Assembly: GCA_963827655.1 (NCBI GenBank) | Contig: CAWHCF010000051.1 | Location: 1-64,000 of the forward strand | From: an uncultured Acidobacteriota bacterium | GTDB lineage: Bacteria > Acidobacteriota > UBA6911 | Reading direction: 5' to 3' | Length of the DNA: 64,000 nt | Part shown: piece after piece, positions 9,896 to 22,093 of the stretch | Layout: each line of letters opens with the position of its first letter | How positions within the stretch are numbered: the first letter of the stretch is position 1 | Program-made: the position numbers and the translations under genes | Notes under the pieces: generated by a model | Told to the model about the DNA's origin: nothing | The model's database searches: none | The model's input: the letters and a program-made list of their open reading frames with translations, nothing else

Positions 9896-12800
9896 TCAGA
9901 ACAGCACCTTCAGGCCGAACTGGATCTGCCGCGGGTCGCCGGCGGCGAATATCCGCCCCACCGTAGCCGGGACCGAAATATTGGTCGCCGGCCCGAGGAA
10001 GTTCGCATGGTTGGGCATATTGAAAAACTCCGCCCGGAACTGCACGTTCACGCGCTCGGTGATCGTCGTGTTCTTGAGCACACTCACATCAAAGATGATC
10101 TCGCCCGGAAGTAAATAACATGTTTCGCCCCGAGTTTCCGTAGGTGAACGGAGCCGGTACGGCAAAAGCCGTCGGATCGAACCACCGTGTGATCGAACGC
10201 TCCGAGCCTGAAAGCCTTGGGTCTTTGACCAGGTCGGCGCGGCCCCCGAACCATCCCGCTTGCGTGGCGTTAAACGCCACGGAGAACGGGGGTCCGCTGC
10301 GCAGATACGTAATACCGGCCACCTGCCATCCGCCGATGAGCTTGCTCATGGCGCCCGATGCAGAGCTGGCGAAACGCTTTCCGGGGCCAAAGGGGAGATC
10401 GTAGCTGTAGGCGGTGGTGAAGACATGCCTGCGCACCTGGTCCGAATTCCCGCGATCCGCCCGGTTGTTGTAGGGATTCTGAGGCCCGCCGACAATCGGC
10501 ACATTATCGAGCGACCGGTTCCACGAGTACTCCGCCTGGAACGTAAGGCCGTACGCATAGCGCTGGATTCCCTCGAGCTGCAACTGGTGAATGGTCGAGT
10601 CTCCGCCGCCGGCCAGCAAGAGAATATCCGACCAGGGCTGGAAGGGCCGCCGCGGCTGGATCGCCCCTGGCGGCCTGTTGTTCAGGAACGTTGATCGATC
10701 GGTTGTACCACGGAAGATGGCTGGTCTTGTTACCGACGTAGGAGACTCTGAAGCCGAGGTTGTGCGCCAGTTCTCGCTCGACCGTGAGGTTCCATTGCTG
10801 CGCCAGGCTGTTCTTGATATTGCGCTCGACCGCCGTGATGGCCGGATTGGGAGAGAGGGCTCCAGCGCCGGGGAAGGGCTGGTCCAAGGTCAGCGAAGGA
10901 GACCGCTCCCGCGAGCCGCCTCAAAGGTCTCGGCAAGCAGGAAAGGCGGATTGCTGAAACCCATCTGACGAAACCCGATGTAGACCGGCAAGGTATTGTA
11001 GTAGAAGCCGGCGCCGCCCCTGATCACGGTCCGGTTATCGGCGAAGGGACGAAAGGCGAAGCCGATGCGCGGCGCGAAATTGTTCTTGTCGGTTTCGAGG
11101 ACGTCATCGGGCAACCCGGCCTCCTGCGACGTCACGATCGGGTAGGTGGCGACCATGCGCGCCTGAGTTTGCGGAGGAAACTGATCGCCCGGAATTACCA
11201 GTCTTCCGGAGGCGAAGTCGAGATTTGCCTGGGCGCCATCACGTTCTTTCCACGAGGTCTGCACCATGTAACGGACTCCGAAGTTCAGGGTCAGGCGGGG
11301 TGAGGCCTGCCAGTCGTCCTGGATGTAGGCGCTGTAGCGGGTCTGATAGAAGAGATTAACCGCACTCGGTGTCGAGCGATAGGTTGTAACCGGATAGCCG
11401 AGGAGAAAATCGGCGAAAGCGTGAGCCGGTTGCGCAGTAGCGCGCATTGCCGCTGGCATAGCGCCCGGTGAAGGTGAACCGTCCGAAACCCGCTTCCTGC
11501 GCGAGACCCGTCAGAAGCCCGAAAGCTCCGGGGGGCGACGACACGCGGTAATTCGCGAAATCAATTCCGGTTTTCAACGTGTGCCGGCCGCGCACCATGG
11601 TGAAATTATCGATGTACTGATTCGTGAATTGCTTCCCGCGCGCGCTCCCGCCGTAGTCGCCGATCGAAACATGGCTCGAGATGGCGACGTTAGGCAAGCC
11701 GCCCACCGGTAGAGGGCCGTACAGGGTCGGGAAAAGGGTGCGGGGATCGAAGTCCGTGTTCATCCCCAGACGCACGCTGCCGTGGTAAAACCAGCCGAAG
11801 CGGAACTCGTTCATGGTTCGAGCGGAGAAAGTGTGGGTGTGGGTCAGATTCAGGTTCTCGGTCTGGTATCCCCCGTCGCTCCAGCTGCCGTAGCCGGGCG
11901 GAAACGCCTGTGCCACAACATAGGGAGATCCCTTGGAATAGTTGAAGCTCCCCCACAGACTGTCCGACTCGCTCAGCTTGTGATCGATGCGAGCGCCGTA
12001 GCGATTGATATCGGAGATGTTTGCAATATTCACCACATAGTTGGTCAGTGTTCCCGCCGGTCCGGTTCCGGCCTGGTTTGGCAGGGGCACGTATTTCAGA
12101 AGAGCCTGGGTGCGCGGGTCGATCCGCGATGCCGGAATGCGGTTGCCGGAAAATGGTTGCCCGGTTAGCGGATCGGTGATTGCCGGCAACCCGCGTGAAA
12201 TCGCCATCACGCATCGCGGCGGTCCCGACCGAAAGCGTATTGGTCCGCGGGAACCGTTCTCGCAGCCCCTCGTAGTTGCCGAAGAAGAACGTGCGATCTT
12301 TGCGGATCGGCCCGCCGAGCGAAAACCCGAACTCGTTCCGGTTGTAAGGCGGCTTCGCAACGCCGGTGGCGAAAAAGTTTTTCGCGGCGTAAGCCTTGTT
12401 GCGGTTGAACTCGAAGAGGGAGCCGTGGAAAGCGTTCGTCCCGGATTTTGTCACTATGGTCACGGAAGCGGAGCCTTCAAACTCGGCCTTCTGATTGTTG
12501 GAGTCGATCTTGAACTCGTTGACCACATCGATCGAAGGAAGCGTAGACGCGCCGTTGCGGAACGAGTAGGCGGCCCCGCCGTTTCCCGAATCGTTATAGC
12601 TCGCGCCGTCGACGTTGAAGTGAATTCCACCCCAGTACGAGCTTCCCGCTACTCTCGGGTTCGAAGCGCTGTCGCTGGTCACTCCGGCCGAGATCCGTAT
12701 GAGCCGGTCGAGCGTGCGTCCGTTGAGCGGAAGCGTGGTTATGATCTGGCTCTCCATGACGTTGCCGATGGTCGCGGTTTCGGAGTTCACGACCGGAGCC

Positions 12801-13178
12801 GTCGCCTGCACCTGGACCTCTTGAGCAATGCGCGCCCGGTTCAAGGACTACGTCGACCCGGACGGTTCGGTTCGCCAGAAGCCGCACTCCTTTAACGATG
12901 TTCTGTTTGAACCCGGTCGCTTCGGTCTTGACCGTGTAAATTCCCGGCGCAAGGTTGGGAACGACAAAATCCCCGGTCTCGTCAGCTATCACGGCGAACT
13001 GAATATTCGTCTCCTCATTCGTCAAGCTCACCGCCGAGCCGGGCATGACTCCGCCGCTGCTGTCGCGCACGGTGCCGACGATGGTCCCGGTGATATTCTG
13101 GGCCAGGACGGGCGCGGCCAGACTGAAAGCGAAAATCAGAACTAGAATCGGATGAAGTCGAACGGACTTGCATTTCAT
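9896..13178 (-). CDS. Oar-like TonB-dependent receptor with carboxypeptidase-regulatory-like N-terminal domain; several frameshifts
   Basis: Signal peptide + TGTIVGTVRDSSG, LPLNGR, KSGTNAFHGSLFEFNRN, YIQDDWQ, NNFAPRIGFA, FRAEFFN...PRQIQFGLKVLF spread over consecutive ORFs. Confidence 0.9.
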
Positions 13179-13292
13179 CGAAAATTTCTCCTTGGGGGTA
13201 GTCTTCGTGTCACTTCGTTAGTCGGTACTTTCTTGCTTTCTATGAAAGATATTCTTGGCGTTTCTTCGTGTCTTGGCGTCTTGGCGGTTGCT

Positions 13293-15203
13293 TCACGCGA
13301 GCTTGGTCCGCTGCGCCGCCAGGCTGAACTTCTGGTGCCAGGTCGATTCCGCGCCACCACCGACCCGGGCGATGATCACTTCAACCAGGTACGGCTTGCC
13401 GTCTTTTGTCGCCTGTATGCCGCGCTTCAGCGCTGCCTGGATGGCGCCCGGCTCGCTGACTTTCTCACCGCGCACGCCCTGACTCTCGGCCAGCTTGACA
13501 AAGTCGATCTCGGGATCGCCCAGATAGAGCCCGTGGAAACGGCCGGTCTCCGCCATGCGCTTGCCATAGCGGACATAGCTGTTGCGCACGGTCTGGTAGT
13601 TGTAGTTGTTCCAGACCACGGTCAGGATCGGAACCCCGTAGCGCACCATCGACCAGAATCCCGAAGCGCTGTACATCACCGACCCGTCGCCGATGCTCAA
13701 GATCACTTGCCGGTCGGGCGCTCCCAGCTTTGCTCCAATGGCGGCGCCGACTCCCCAGCCCAGCGACGCGCCGGTATTGCCCAACCACAGCTTTTCGTCG
13801 GGACGGTAGCCCAATCGGAAGAGGCCGTTGCTACCGGTCAGGTTCTCGCTCACGATAATCGCATCAGGATCGGCAGCCTGATCGATTTCGTAGCCCAGAC
13901 GATCCGGGTGTATGGGTCGTGAATCGAAATTTTTCTTGGCGTTTTGTGATTGCGCAGCCTTCGACCTGGCGACATGATCTTTGACGGTTTGCCGCCGCTC
14001 GTCGCATAGTTTCTGAAGTCGAGCCGGAGTTACAGCCGCCTGCAGCGCGTCCATGAGGTCCCGGAAGGTCTCGCGCACATCGGCGACGATAGCCAGATCC
14101 ATCGGCTGGGTGCGTCCGAGCATTTGGGTGTCCATCCCCGCGGCGACCACGCGCGCGGAGGTTTCGATGAGCGGCTTCTCCGGAATCGCCAGTCCACCCA
14201 GGTCGCGCGTGCCGAATTGAACCACGAGGTCCGCGCTTCCGACAGGATAGGGACGGTCATTTGCGAAGGTACCGGTGTACTGCGGGTGTTCCGTAGGGAA
14301 GTTGCGGAAAGCCTGGGTTCCGGTGGCCGCCGGGAGCCCCAGCATTTCGCACAGCTTCACGGCCTCGGCCTGGGCGCCGGACTTCCAGACTTCATCGCCC
14401 AGAATCAGAATGGGCCGCTGGGCGTCAATCAAAAGTCGCGCAAGTTTTTCGACCTGGTCTTTCGCCGGGCGCGGCCGCGCCTGGATCATGAAGGTTTCGC
14501 GGGGCCAGATTTCGCCCTTCAAGCCGGGCGCCTCCAGCGCCAAGCTGGAATAGCAAACATAGACCGGCCCTCCCGGAGCAGTCGCGGCAGTCTTGAACGC
14601 TCTCCGGGTGACGACCGGAATAGACCCGCCGTTTCGGACCTCCCACGAGATCTTGGTGAACTGACGATTGACATCGGCCTGGCTGAAGCCGGGACGGGGC
14701 GCAAGAAGAACGTCGTCACTGTAGTTCGAGGAATCGAGCATTCCCGCGGTTACCACAATCGCCGATCCGTCGCGATGAGCGTTGTAGAGCTGGCCCGCCA
14801 TCTGAGCGGTCCCCGCGATGGCGTGAACATTGACCAAGGCCGGCTCTTGGGTGACCTTGTGGTAACCATCGGCCATGGGAATCACGATCCCCTCGTGCAA
14901 GCCGACGATCACTTGAAGCTCGGGCCGGTCCGTCAATGCGTCGAAGAAACCTACCTCGAACGATCCCGGATTCGTGAAAACATACTTCGCACCGGCCGCC
15001 TTCGCCTGTTCAACCAGCAGGTCTCCTCCGGTTCCCGTCACGATGCGGGCTCTTATTCCATCGGGGGCCGGCTTGGTGCCTTCGTCGGCAGCCTCGATAA
15101 TTGAGCCGGCGGCGCCCGCCGTGAACCCGGCCGCGACGAGTTGAGTGAGGAAACCACGGCGTGAAAGATTTCCGTCGAGGTAATCTCGCAAAAGTTCTCG
15201 CAT
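13293..15203 (-). CDS. Thiamine-diphosphate-dependent enzyme (benzoylformate decarboxylase/ALS-like) with a Tat-like N-terminus
   Basis: FTNPGS, LHE, MADGY, GDGS...NN ThDP motif; N-terminal SRRGFL + hydrophobic stretch; GGAGGT RBS before ATG 15203. Confidence 0.88.
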   Translation of the reverse strand: MRELLRDYLDGNLSRRGFLTQLVAAGFTAGAAGSIIEAADEGTKPAPDGIRARIVTGTGGDLLVEQAKAAGAKYVFTNPGSFEVGFFDALTDRPELQVIVGLHEGIVIPMADGYHKVTQEPALVNVHAIAGTAQMAGQLYNAHRDGSAIVVTAGMLDSSNYSDDVLLAPRPGFSQADVNRQFTKISWEVRNGGSIPVVTRRAFKTAATAPGGPVYVCYSSLALEAPGLKGEIWPRETFMIQARPRPAKDQVEKLARLLIDAQRPILILGDEVWKSGAQAEAVKLCEMLGLPAATGTQAFRNFPTEHPQYTGTFANDRPYPVGSADLVVQFGTRDLGGLAIPEKPLIETSARVVAAGMDTQMLGRTQPMDLAIVADVRETFRDLMDALQAAVTPARLQKLCDERRQTVKDHVARSKAAQSQNAKKNFDSRPIHPDRLGYEIDQAADPDAIIVSENLTGSNGLFRLGYRPDEKLWLGNTGASLGWGVGAAIGAKLGAPDRQVILSIGDGSVMYSASGFWSMVRYGVPILTVVWNNYNYQTVRNSYVRYGKRMAETGRFHGLYLGDPEIDFVKLAESQGVRGEKVSEPGAIQAALKRGIQATKDGKPYLVEVIIARVGGGAESTWHQKFSLAAQRTKLA

Positions 15204-15274
15204 GGAACCTCCCGACAAGTGCTCTTTATGTCCTGGTGATGAGAGATTACCGCAAAGACAGCAAGAAGAAAAGA

Positions 15275-16355
15275 TCAGCGGCTCGGGGGTTGGATCCGGC
15301 GAACCCGATGCGCCTCGCTATCTCCCACCAGGATGGATCCATCCCGATCTGAAAACACACCGTGAGGACGTGCGAACCTGCACGCCTGCGCATCGCCATC
15401 CGGTCCGTCTCCTCTCTCTCCCGTGCCCGCGATCAGCTCGAGAGTGCCGCGGGCAAGATCTATCATGCGAATGCTGTGACTCTCGGTATCCGCCAGATAA
15501 ACGTTCCCGCCCGGCCCGATGCTGAGACCTTTGGGCCCGGAGAGAGTTGCTGCCTTCGCCGGACCTCCATTTCCCGTGAACCCTTTCTCACCCGTCCCGG
15601 CAACGTGGTAGATAATGCGCCGGGTCATGTCGATCTTGTAGACGGCATTCCCTTCGCGCAAGGCAAGCCACAGGTTTCCGTCGCGGTCGAAGTCGAGCGC
15701 GCGCGGGCCGTTCAGCGGCGCGCCCTCGAGCCTGGCGCCGTCGGACGTGCGTCCCTTCTCGCCGGTGCCGGCGAAGGTGGAGATCATCCCTGTCTTCACA
15801 TCAATCCTGCGAATGCGATGGTTGCCGATGTCGCAGATATATAAATCACCATTCCGATCGAATTGAATACTGTGAGGCTGGCTCAATGAGGCGGAGGTGG
15901 CAGCGCCGCCGTCGCCCGAGAATCCCGGCTTTCCGGTTCCGGCGACCGTGGAAATGTTCCTCGTCCTGGCGTCGACCCGGCGCACGGTGTGATTCAGTCT
16001 CTCGACGAAGAACATGTTTCCCGCCCGGTCGAAGCGGACCTCGTAGGGTTCGTTGAGCTGGGCGAGCGTTGCACTACCGCCGTCGCCCGAATAGCCTGCC
16101 TTGCCCGAACCGGCCACGGTCGAGATCGTCCCGTCCGACGCGATTCTGCGGATGACATGGTTGCCGACTTCGCAGACGTAGAGCGCCCCGTCGGGCCCGC
16201 GGGCAATACCGTAAGGATTATTGACTCTGGCCTGCCCGCGCCGGCCCGTTGTCGCCGGAGTAGCCGGCCTCTCCAGTACCGGCGATCGTCACCGTCCGCC
16301 AGCCTGTGGCAAGGGAGTTCAACAGAACTGCCAACAAAACGAAAGCAACGCGCAT
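15275..16355 (-). CDS. Secreted NHL-repeat protein, frameshift near 16225-16235
   Basis: Signal peptide MRVAFVLLAVLL; repeated AGTG..G.SGDGG.A..A.L..P units. Confidence 0.85.
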
Positions 16356-16424
16356 TTGAGCCTCCATCGTCACGGCGAAGTTGCATGCAGTAGAGTGTCA
16401 TTGTACTTCGTTCTCACTTTTTTT

Positions 16425-16538
16425 AACCACCAAGACACCAAGGTTCGTTCGGGACGAAGCCCCGAACGAAGGCCCCCTTGTGAACAACATGTTGTTTGAA
16501 CGTTTCACCAAGTGCCCAAGACACGAAGAAACACTAAG
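16425..16538 (+). repeat. Structured ~110 bp element embedded in family C repeats (second copy near 47705-47817)
   Basis: 10 bp stem TTCGTTCGGG/CCCGAACGAA and 14 bp palindrome AACAACATGTTGTT, flanked by CAAGACAC units. Confidence 0.7.
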
Positions 16539-16554
16539 GCTCAAAAGGCGGTCC

Positions 16555-16563
16555 TGTTATAAT
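16555..16563 (+). promoter_or_regulatory. Extended -10 promoter element
   Basis: TGTTATAAT about 35 nt upstream of ATG 16598. Confidence 0.55.
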
Positions 16564-16597
16564 GAGCCACCGTTATCGGTCAACCTGAGGTTCCTCT

Positions 16598-18942
16598 ATG
16601 ACCCGGCGTTCACGGGTTTTAATCGTTTCGTTAACGATAGTTACTTCAAGGTTCATCGTGTTTCAGATGAGAGCGTCTTCGACCCCGGCCTGGGCCTCGG
16701 AGAACTCGGAAACAAGCGAGACCTGGGCCTTCCATCCCGTGAAGCATCCTGTGGTTCCGAAGGTGAGCAGCACGTGTCGTACGCCGATTGACGCGTTCAT
16801 TTTCCGGAAGCTCGAACAGGCCGGACTTGCCCCTGCTCCTCCGGCCGCGCGCCTTCAACTGATCCGGCGCGTGACTTACGACCTGACGGGTCTGCCCCCC
16901 ACGCCGGAGGAGGTAGACTCGTTCCTCCGAGACAGCTCGGGCGCTGCCTTTGACAAAGTGGTGGAACGGCTGCTCGCTTCGCCTCGCTACGGCGAACAGT
17001 GGGGACGGCACTGGCTCGACGTCGTGCGCTACGCCGACACGGATGGCTATTCCAATGATTACGAACGGCCCAATGCGTGGCGCTATCGAGACTACGTCAT
17101 TCGCAGTTTCAACCAGGACAAGCCCTACGATCAATTCATTATCGAGCAAGCTGGCCGGCGACGAGCTGGAGGCGGGCAATACCGGAGAACTTGATCGCAA
17201 CCGGCTTCCTGCGAATGGGACCCTGGGAACAGACCTCGATGAGTGTGGCCGCAGCCACGCGGCAGCAATTTCTCGATGACGCGACTCAGACGACCGCAAC
17301 TACTTTTCTGGCCCTGACGGCCCGATGCGCCAGCTGCCACGATCACAAGTTCGATCCCATTCCGATCCGTGACTACTACCGGTTGCAAGCGGTGTTTGCG
17401 CCGGTCCAGTTCGAGCAGCGCGCGGCGCCGTTTCTGCCCGCGGAAGACGTCGCTCGCTTTGATGACGCTGTGACGCAAGTCAAGCGCAGGATCGAAGAAA
17501 ACGAACGCCGGCGCAAGGCTCTGGAGGCCGGAGCCCAGGAGCTTCTACTCAAGCGGCACGGCGTTTCCCAGATCAGCGAACTTCCAAGAGAAGTTGTGCG
17601 CGATGGCGTGGCCGACGAGGCAGGGGAACAGATCCGGGCGCTCAGAAAACGTATCGAGTACTATCAGCGCGAGCTGCAGCGGTACCAGCCGCTCTCGCTC
17701 AGTGTTTCGAGCGGCGGAGCGGAAAAAAAGATCCCTACGCCGGACACGCACATTCTGATCGGAGGCGGCCTGGAATCGCCCGGCGACAAGGTGTTGCCCG
17801 CGGTGTTCAGCGCCGCGCAGGGCGCTGCAGTGACCATCCCTCAGGCAACCGAAGGGCGCAGGCTTGCCCTGGCCCGCTGGATCGCCAGTCCATCGAATCC
17901 GCTGACGGCGCGCGTAATGGTGAACCGAATCTGGCAGCATCACTTCGGCCGCGGCCTGGTGAAGACCGGCAATAACTTCGGCAAGACGGGGGAGAGACCG
18001 ACGCACCCGGAGCTGCTGGACTGGCTGGCCGGCTACTTCGTCGAGCACGGCTGGAGCATCAAGGCTATGCACCGCCTCATTGTAAAATCGGCGGTGTATC
18101 AACGTTCGGCTGCACATCCCGAGGTTGACAGGCTTCGCCAGGTCGACCCCGAAAACAAGCTGCTATCGCATTTCTCACCTCGAAGGTTGGCAGCGGAGGA
18201 GTTGCGCGATTCAATTCTTGCGGCGGCGGGCGCTCTGAATCTGGAGGCGGGAGGTCCGGGGGTTTTTCCGGAGATCAATCGGGACCTGGCGCTGCAGCCG
18301 CGCCAGATCATGGGGACGATCGCGCCGGCGTACGAGCCCTCGGCCGCAAAGACGCAGCGGAACCGTCGCACGATCTATACTTTTCAGCAGCGCAACCTGC
18401 CGAATCCGCTGCTTGAAGTATTCAACGGACCGAACCTGAACGAGTCGTGTGAACAGCGCGACGCCAGTGTCACGGCGCCGCAGGTATTTGCTCTTTTCAA
18501 CAGCCAGTTCTTGAACGACGCAGCCCTTGAAATGGCGCGCAACGTCGATTGCGGTCTTCGGACTGCGGATTGCGGATTGAAGGAGGACAAAGCGATTGGG
18601 CAATCCGCAAGCCGCAGCCCGAAAGCCGCAATCGAGCGCGCGTTTCTCATGGTGTTCCAGCGACGTCCTGCTCCTCACGAAATGACGCGCTGCCTTGAGC
18701 ACCTCGAAAGAATGAACCGGTATCACGCGGCAGGTCCGCCGCGCACGGAAATCGCTCCCAGGCGGATCGTGCGCAGCATTATCGGGGAATTGACAGGAAA
18801 ACAATTCGATTTTGAAGAAGACTGGGATCCGGCGGCTTACGAGTTCAACCTGAAGCCCAGTCAAGTAACGGCCGGCGTCCGCGCTCTGGCCGAACTGTGT
18901 CTCGTGCTGCTGAACTCGAACGAATTCGCTTATGTTTATTGA
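16598..18942 (+). CDS. DUF1549/DUF1553 (PSCyt2/PSD1) domain protein, frameshift near 17150
   Basis: [88 protein letters not shown]. Confidence 0.9.
18545..18635. repeat. GATTGCG-heptamer inverted-arm element (family B) inside a CDS
   Basis: 35 nt arms 18545-18579 and 18601-18635, reverse-complementary with 4 mismatches; translated as [12 protein letters not shown]...[12 protein letters not shown]. Confidence 0.85.
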
Positions 18943-19014
18943 CGATTTACGATTGACGATTGACGATTGAAAAGTCGTCGGCCGATTCCAATCGTCAATC
19001 GTAAATCGTCAATC
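18938..19014. repeat. GACGATT-heptamer inverted-arm element (family A)
   Basis: ATTGACGATTTACGATTGACGATTG pairs perfectly (25 bp) with 18989-19013; contains the upstream stop codon. Confidence 0.95.
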
Positions 19015-19026
19015 CTGAGGACGATG

Positions 19027-20449
19027 ATGGCCTATCGAAATTCTCCAGTCAGGATCGCAGCGCCGGATCGACGAGAGTTCATCTTCCAGCTGGCAGCCGG
19101 GATCGGCTCGGTCGCGCTGTCGTCTTTGATTCGGCAGGATGAGGTCCGGGCAGGAATCCTGGCGGCGAAGAAGCCCCACCATCCGGCGAAAGCCAGGGCA
19201 TGCATCTTTCTCCTGATGGAAGGGGGCCCGAGTCACATCGACACGTTTGATCCCAAGCCAAAGCTGCAGCAGCTCCATCTGACCGAATTTGTTCGCGAGA
19301 GCCAATATGCATCCGCGATGGAGAGCGGCAAACGCTACTACGTGTCCAGCCCTTTCAAGTTCATCCGGTCATCCCGGACAGGATTGGAGATTTCAGAACA
19401 CTACGAGCCTCTCATGGAATGTGTGGGCGACATCTGTTTCTATCGAGGTCTCGTCGCTGAGAGTACAAACCATCCTACCGCGCTCTATCATTTGAACACG
19501 GGCAACAAATTCGGAGGCGATCCGGCCGCCGGAGCCTGGGTGACATACGGGTTGGGGACCGCTGAACGAGAATCTTCCGGCTTTCGTGGTGCTGCCCGAC
19601 ATCATTCATCCTCAGGGCGGGAGCGCGAATTGGTCCAACGGGTTTCTCCCGGCCCAGTATCAGGGGACGGAGTTTCGTCCTGCCGGACCGCCGATCCTGG
19701 ACCTGAATCCGCCTTCCGGAGTGGCGCCGGAGGTGCAGCGGCAAAACCTGGACCTGCTGCGCGCCCTGAATGAATATCATCAAGAAAAGCAGCCGTGGCA
19801 TGGGGAGCTGGCGGCGCGCATCGAGTCGTATGAACTGGCCTACCGGATGCAGGCTGAGGTTCCGGCGGTGGTCGACATCGAAAAGGAACCTGAAGAAACC
19901 AGACAAATGTATGGCATTGGTGAAAAGGAAACCGACAGTTTCGGCCGGCGTTGTCTCCTGGCCCGGCGTCTGGTTGCTAACGGTGTGCGCTTCGTTCAGG
20001 TGTACTCTACCGGCTGGGATTCCCACGATTACATCGAGCGCGCGCACTCTAACCGGATGCGCGCCACGGCGAAGCCCATCGCCGGGCTCCTGAAGGATCT
20101 CAAGCGCACCGGACTACTGGAGAGCACCCTGGTTGTCTGGGGCGGCGAGTTTGGCCGTTCCCCCGACAATGGCATCCGGGGGGGCGCCAAGGCTTTCGGA
20201 CGGGATCACAACGCCAGGGCAATGACCGTCTGGCTTGCCGGCGGCGGCGTCAAGGCCGGCGAAGTGATCGGAGCCACCGACGAGATCGGCCAGCAGGCCG
20301 TCGAGGTGGTTCACTCCATGCCCGACTTCCATGTAACTCTGCTCCACCTGCTCGGACTGGATGACGCCAGGCTCCGCTACTTTCACCAGGGAAGGGAGAA
20401 GCAGCTCAGCCAGTTCGGCGGTCGCGTCATCAAGGAATTGCTCGCCTGA
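19027..20449 (+). CDS. DUF1501 domain protein with Tat-like signal, frameshift near 19560
   Basis: DRREF, MEGGPSHIDTFDPKP, GAWVTYGLG, CLLARRLV, VWGGEFGR, GRDHN, GGGVK motifs; typical partner of DUF1553 genes. Confidence 0.9.
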
Positions 20450-20480
20450 CACCGCGTCGGTGTGGTTGATCCGAGATGCA

Positions 20481-20550
20481 GTGTTTCTTCGCGTCTTCGT
20501 GGTTGAGTTCTGACAAAAATACCACTAAGACTCAAGACACGAAGAAACAC
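20481..20550. repeat. Family C 8-nt-period hairpin between convergent genes
   Basis: GTGTTTCTTCGCGTCTT pairs with AAGACACGAAGAAACAC (1 mismatch in 17). Confidence 0.85.
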
Positions 20551-20569
20551 CAGATCTTGCAAAAAAGTT

Positions 20570-21998
20570 TCACGGGAAGATTCCTAGTTCCATGTACGAG
20601 CGGGCAATCTTGTCGATGGCGCTGAGGAAGGCTGCGGTTCGAAGATCCTTGAGCTTCGGGTTTGCCTTCAAGGCATCTCGAATGCCGTTGTAGGCCACGA
20701 CCATCGTTTCCTCGAGACCGGAGTTAACCAGGTCCAGCTCGTCCGCGCCGCGTACGACGGCGGCCTTTTCCCCTTCGGTGAACTGTTTCCCCGTAGCCAA
20801 CTCGATCGCCCGAAGCAGGCGCTGCTCCACGGCCTCCTCGTAACGCTTTCCCATGCGGCCGAAACGTACGTGCGACAGGTTCTTGAGCCACTCAAAGTAG
20901 GAAACGGTTACGCCTCCCGAATTGGTGTACACGTCGGGAATGATCAGGACGCCCTTTTGCAGGAGAATCTCTTCCGCCTCGGGAGTAGTGGGACCGTTGG
21001 CGGCTTCGAGCAGGATTCTGGCCTTGATCTTGTGGGCATTCTTCAGCGTGATCTGGTTTTCGAGAGCGGCCGGGATCAGGACGTCGCAATCCAGCTCGAG
21101 AGCATCCTCTGTGTTCGGGATGTTGGTCGCTCCCGGATAGTCGAGTATGGAGCCTTTCTCCTTGCGATGGGCGAAAGCCTTCGCCTCGTCGAGGCCTTTG
21201 GGATCGAGAATGGCTCCCTCCCGTTCGGCGATGGCAATAATCAGGGCTCCACCTTCCCGGCAATACTTTGCCGTATGGTAACCGACATTCCCGAGTCCCT
21301 GAACTACCAGGCGTTTCCCTTCGATCCCTTGAGACTAAGCCGAGCGCCCGCATGTCTTCCTTGTGGGAGCATGCTTCGCGCAGGGCATAGTAGACTCCCC
21401 GTCCCGTGGCCTCGCGGCGTCCCTGGATGCCTCCCTGGGTGACCGGCTTGCCTGTCACGCACGCCAACCCATCGAGATGGCCCGGATGGATGGCCATATA
21501 GGTATCGGCAATCCAGGCCATCTCTCGCTCGCTGGTTCCGTAATCGGGGGCCGGAACGTCGATGCCCGGCCCGATGAAGTTCTTCTTCGCGAGCTCATGA
21601 GTGTAGCGGCGAGTCACGCGCTCGACCTGCTCTGCGGTGTACCGCTGCGGATCAAGCTGAACCGCCCCCTTAGCTCCTCCATAAGGCACATCGACGATGG
21701 CACATTTGTAGGTCATCAGCGCGGCCAGGGCCATGACCTCGTCTTCATTGACACTAGGACTGAATCGAATTCCCCCCTTCACCGGCAGCTTGTGGTGACT
21801 GTGTTCGACGCGCCAGGCGGAGATGACTTCCAAGGTGCCGTCGAGGTTGCGCAGAGGAAACTGAAAGCGATAAACGCTATTGCACTTTTTGATCTGGTTG
21901 AGCAGCCCTTTCGGGTACTTGGTGAAAGCGGCCGCCCGGTCAAACTGGCGCGTGACATTGCCGAAGAAGCTGTGCGTATTGTCAGTCATGACCGCCAT
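20570..21998 (-). CDS. gdhA: Glu/Leu/Phe/Val dehydrogenase (glutamate dehydrogenase), frameshift near 21337
   Basis: KGGIRF, MTYKCA, GGAKG, DVPAPD, VTGKP, ATGRG; alternate frame gives [25 protein letters not shown]. Confidence 0.9.
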
Positions 21999-22093
21999 CC
22001 TTCAGGGATTGCTGGTGACTGGCTCCAAATTGCGTGGCGAAACTTCGATCCGTTGGCCTTTTGATAAGCAATGGAGCCTGTCCCCGAATTTCC

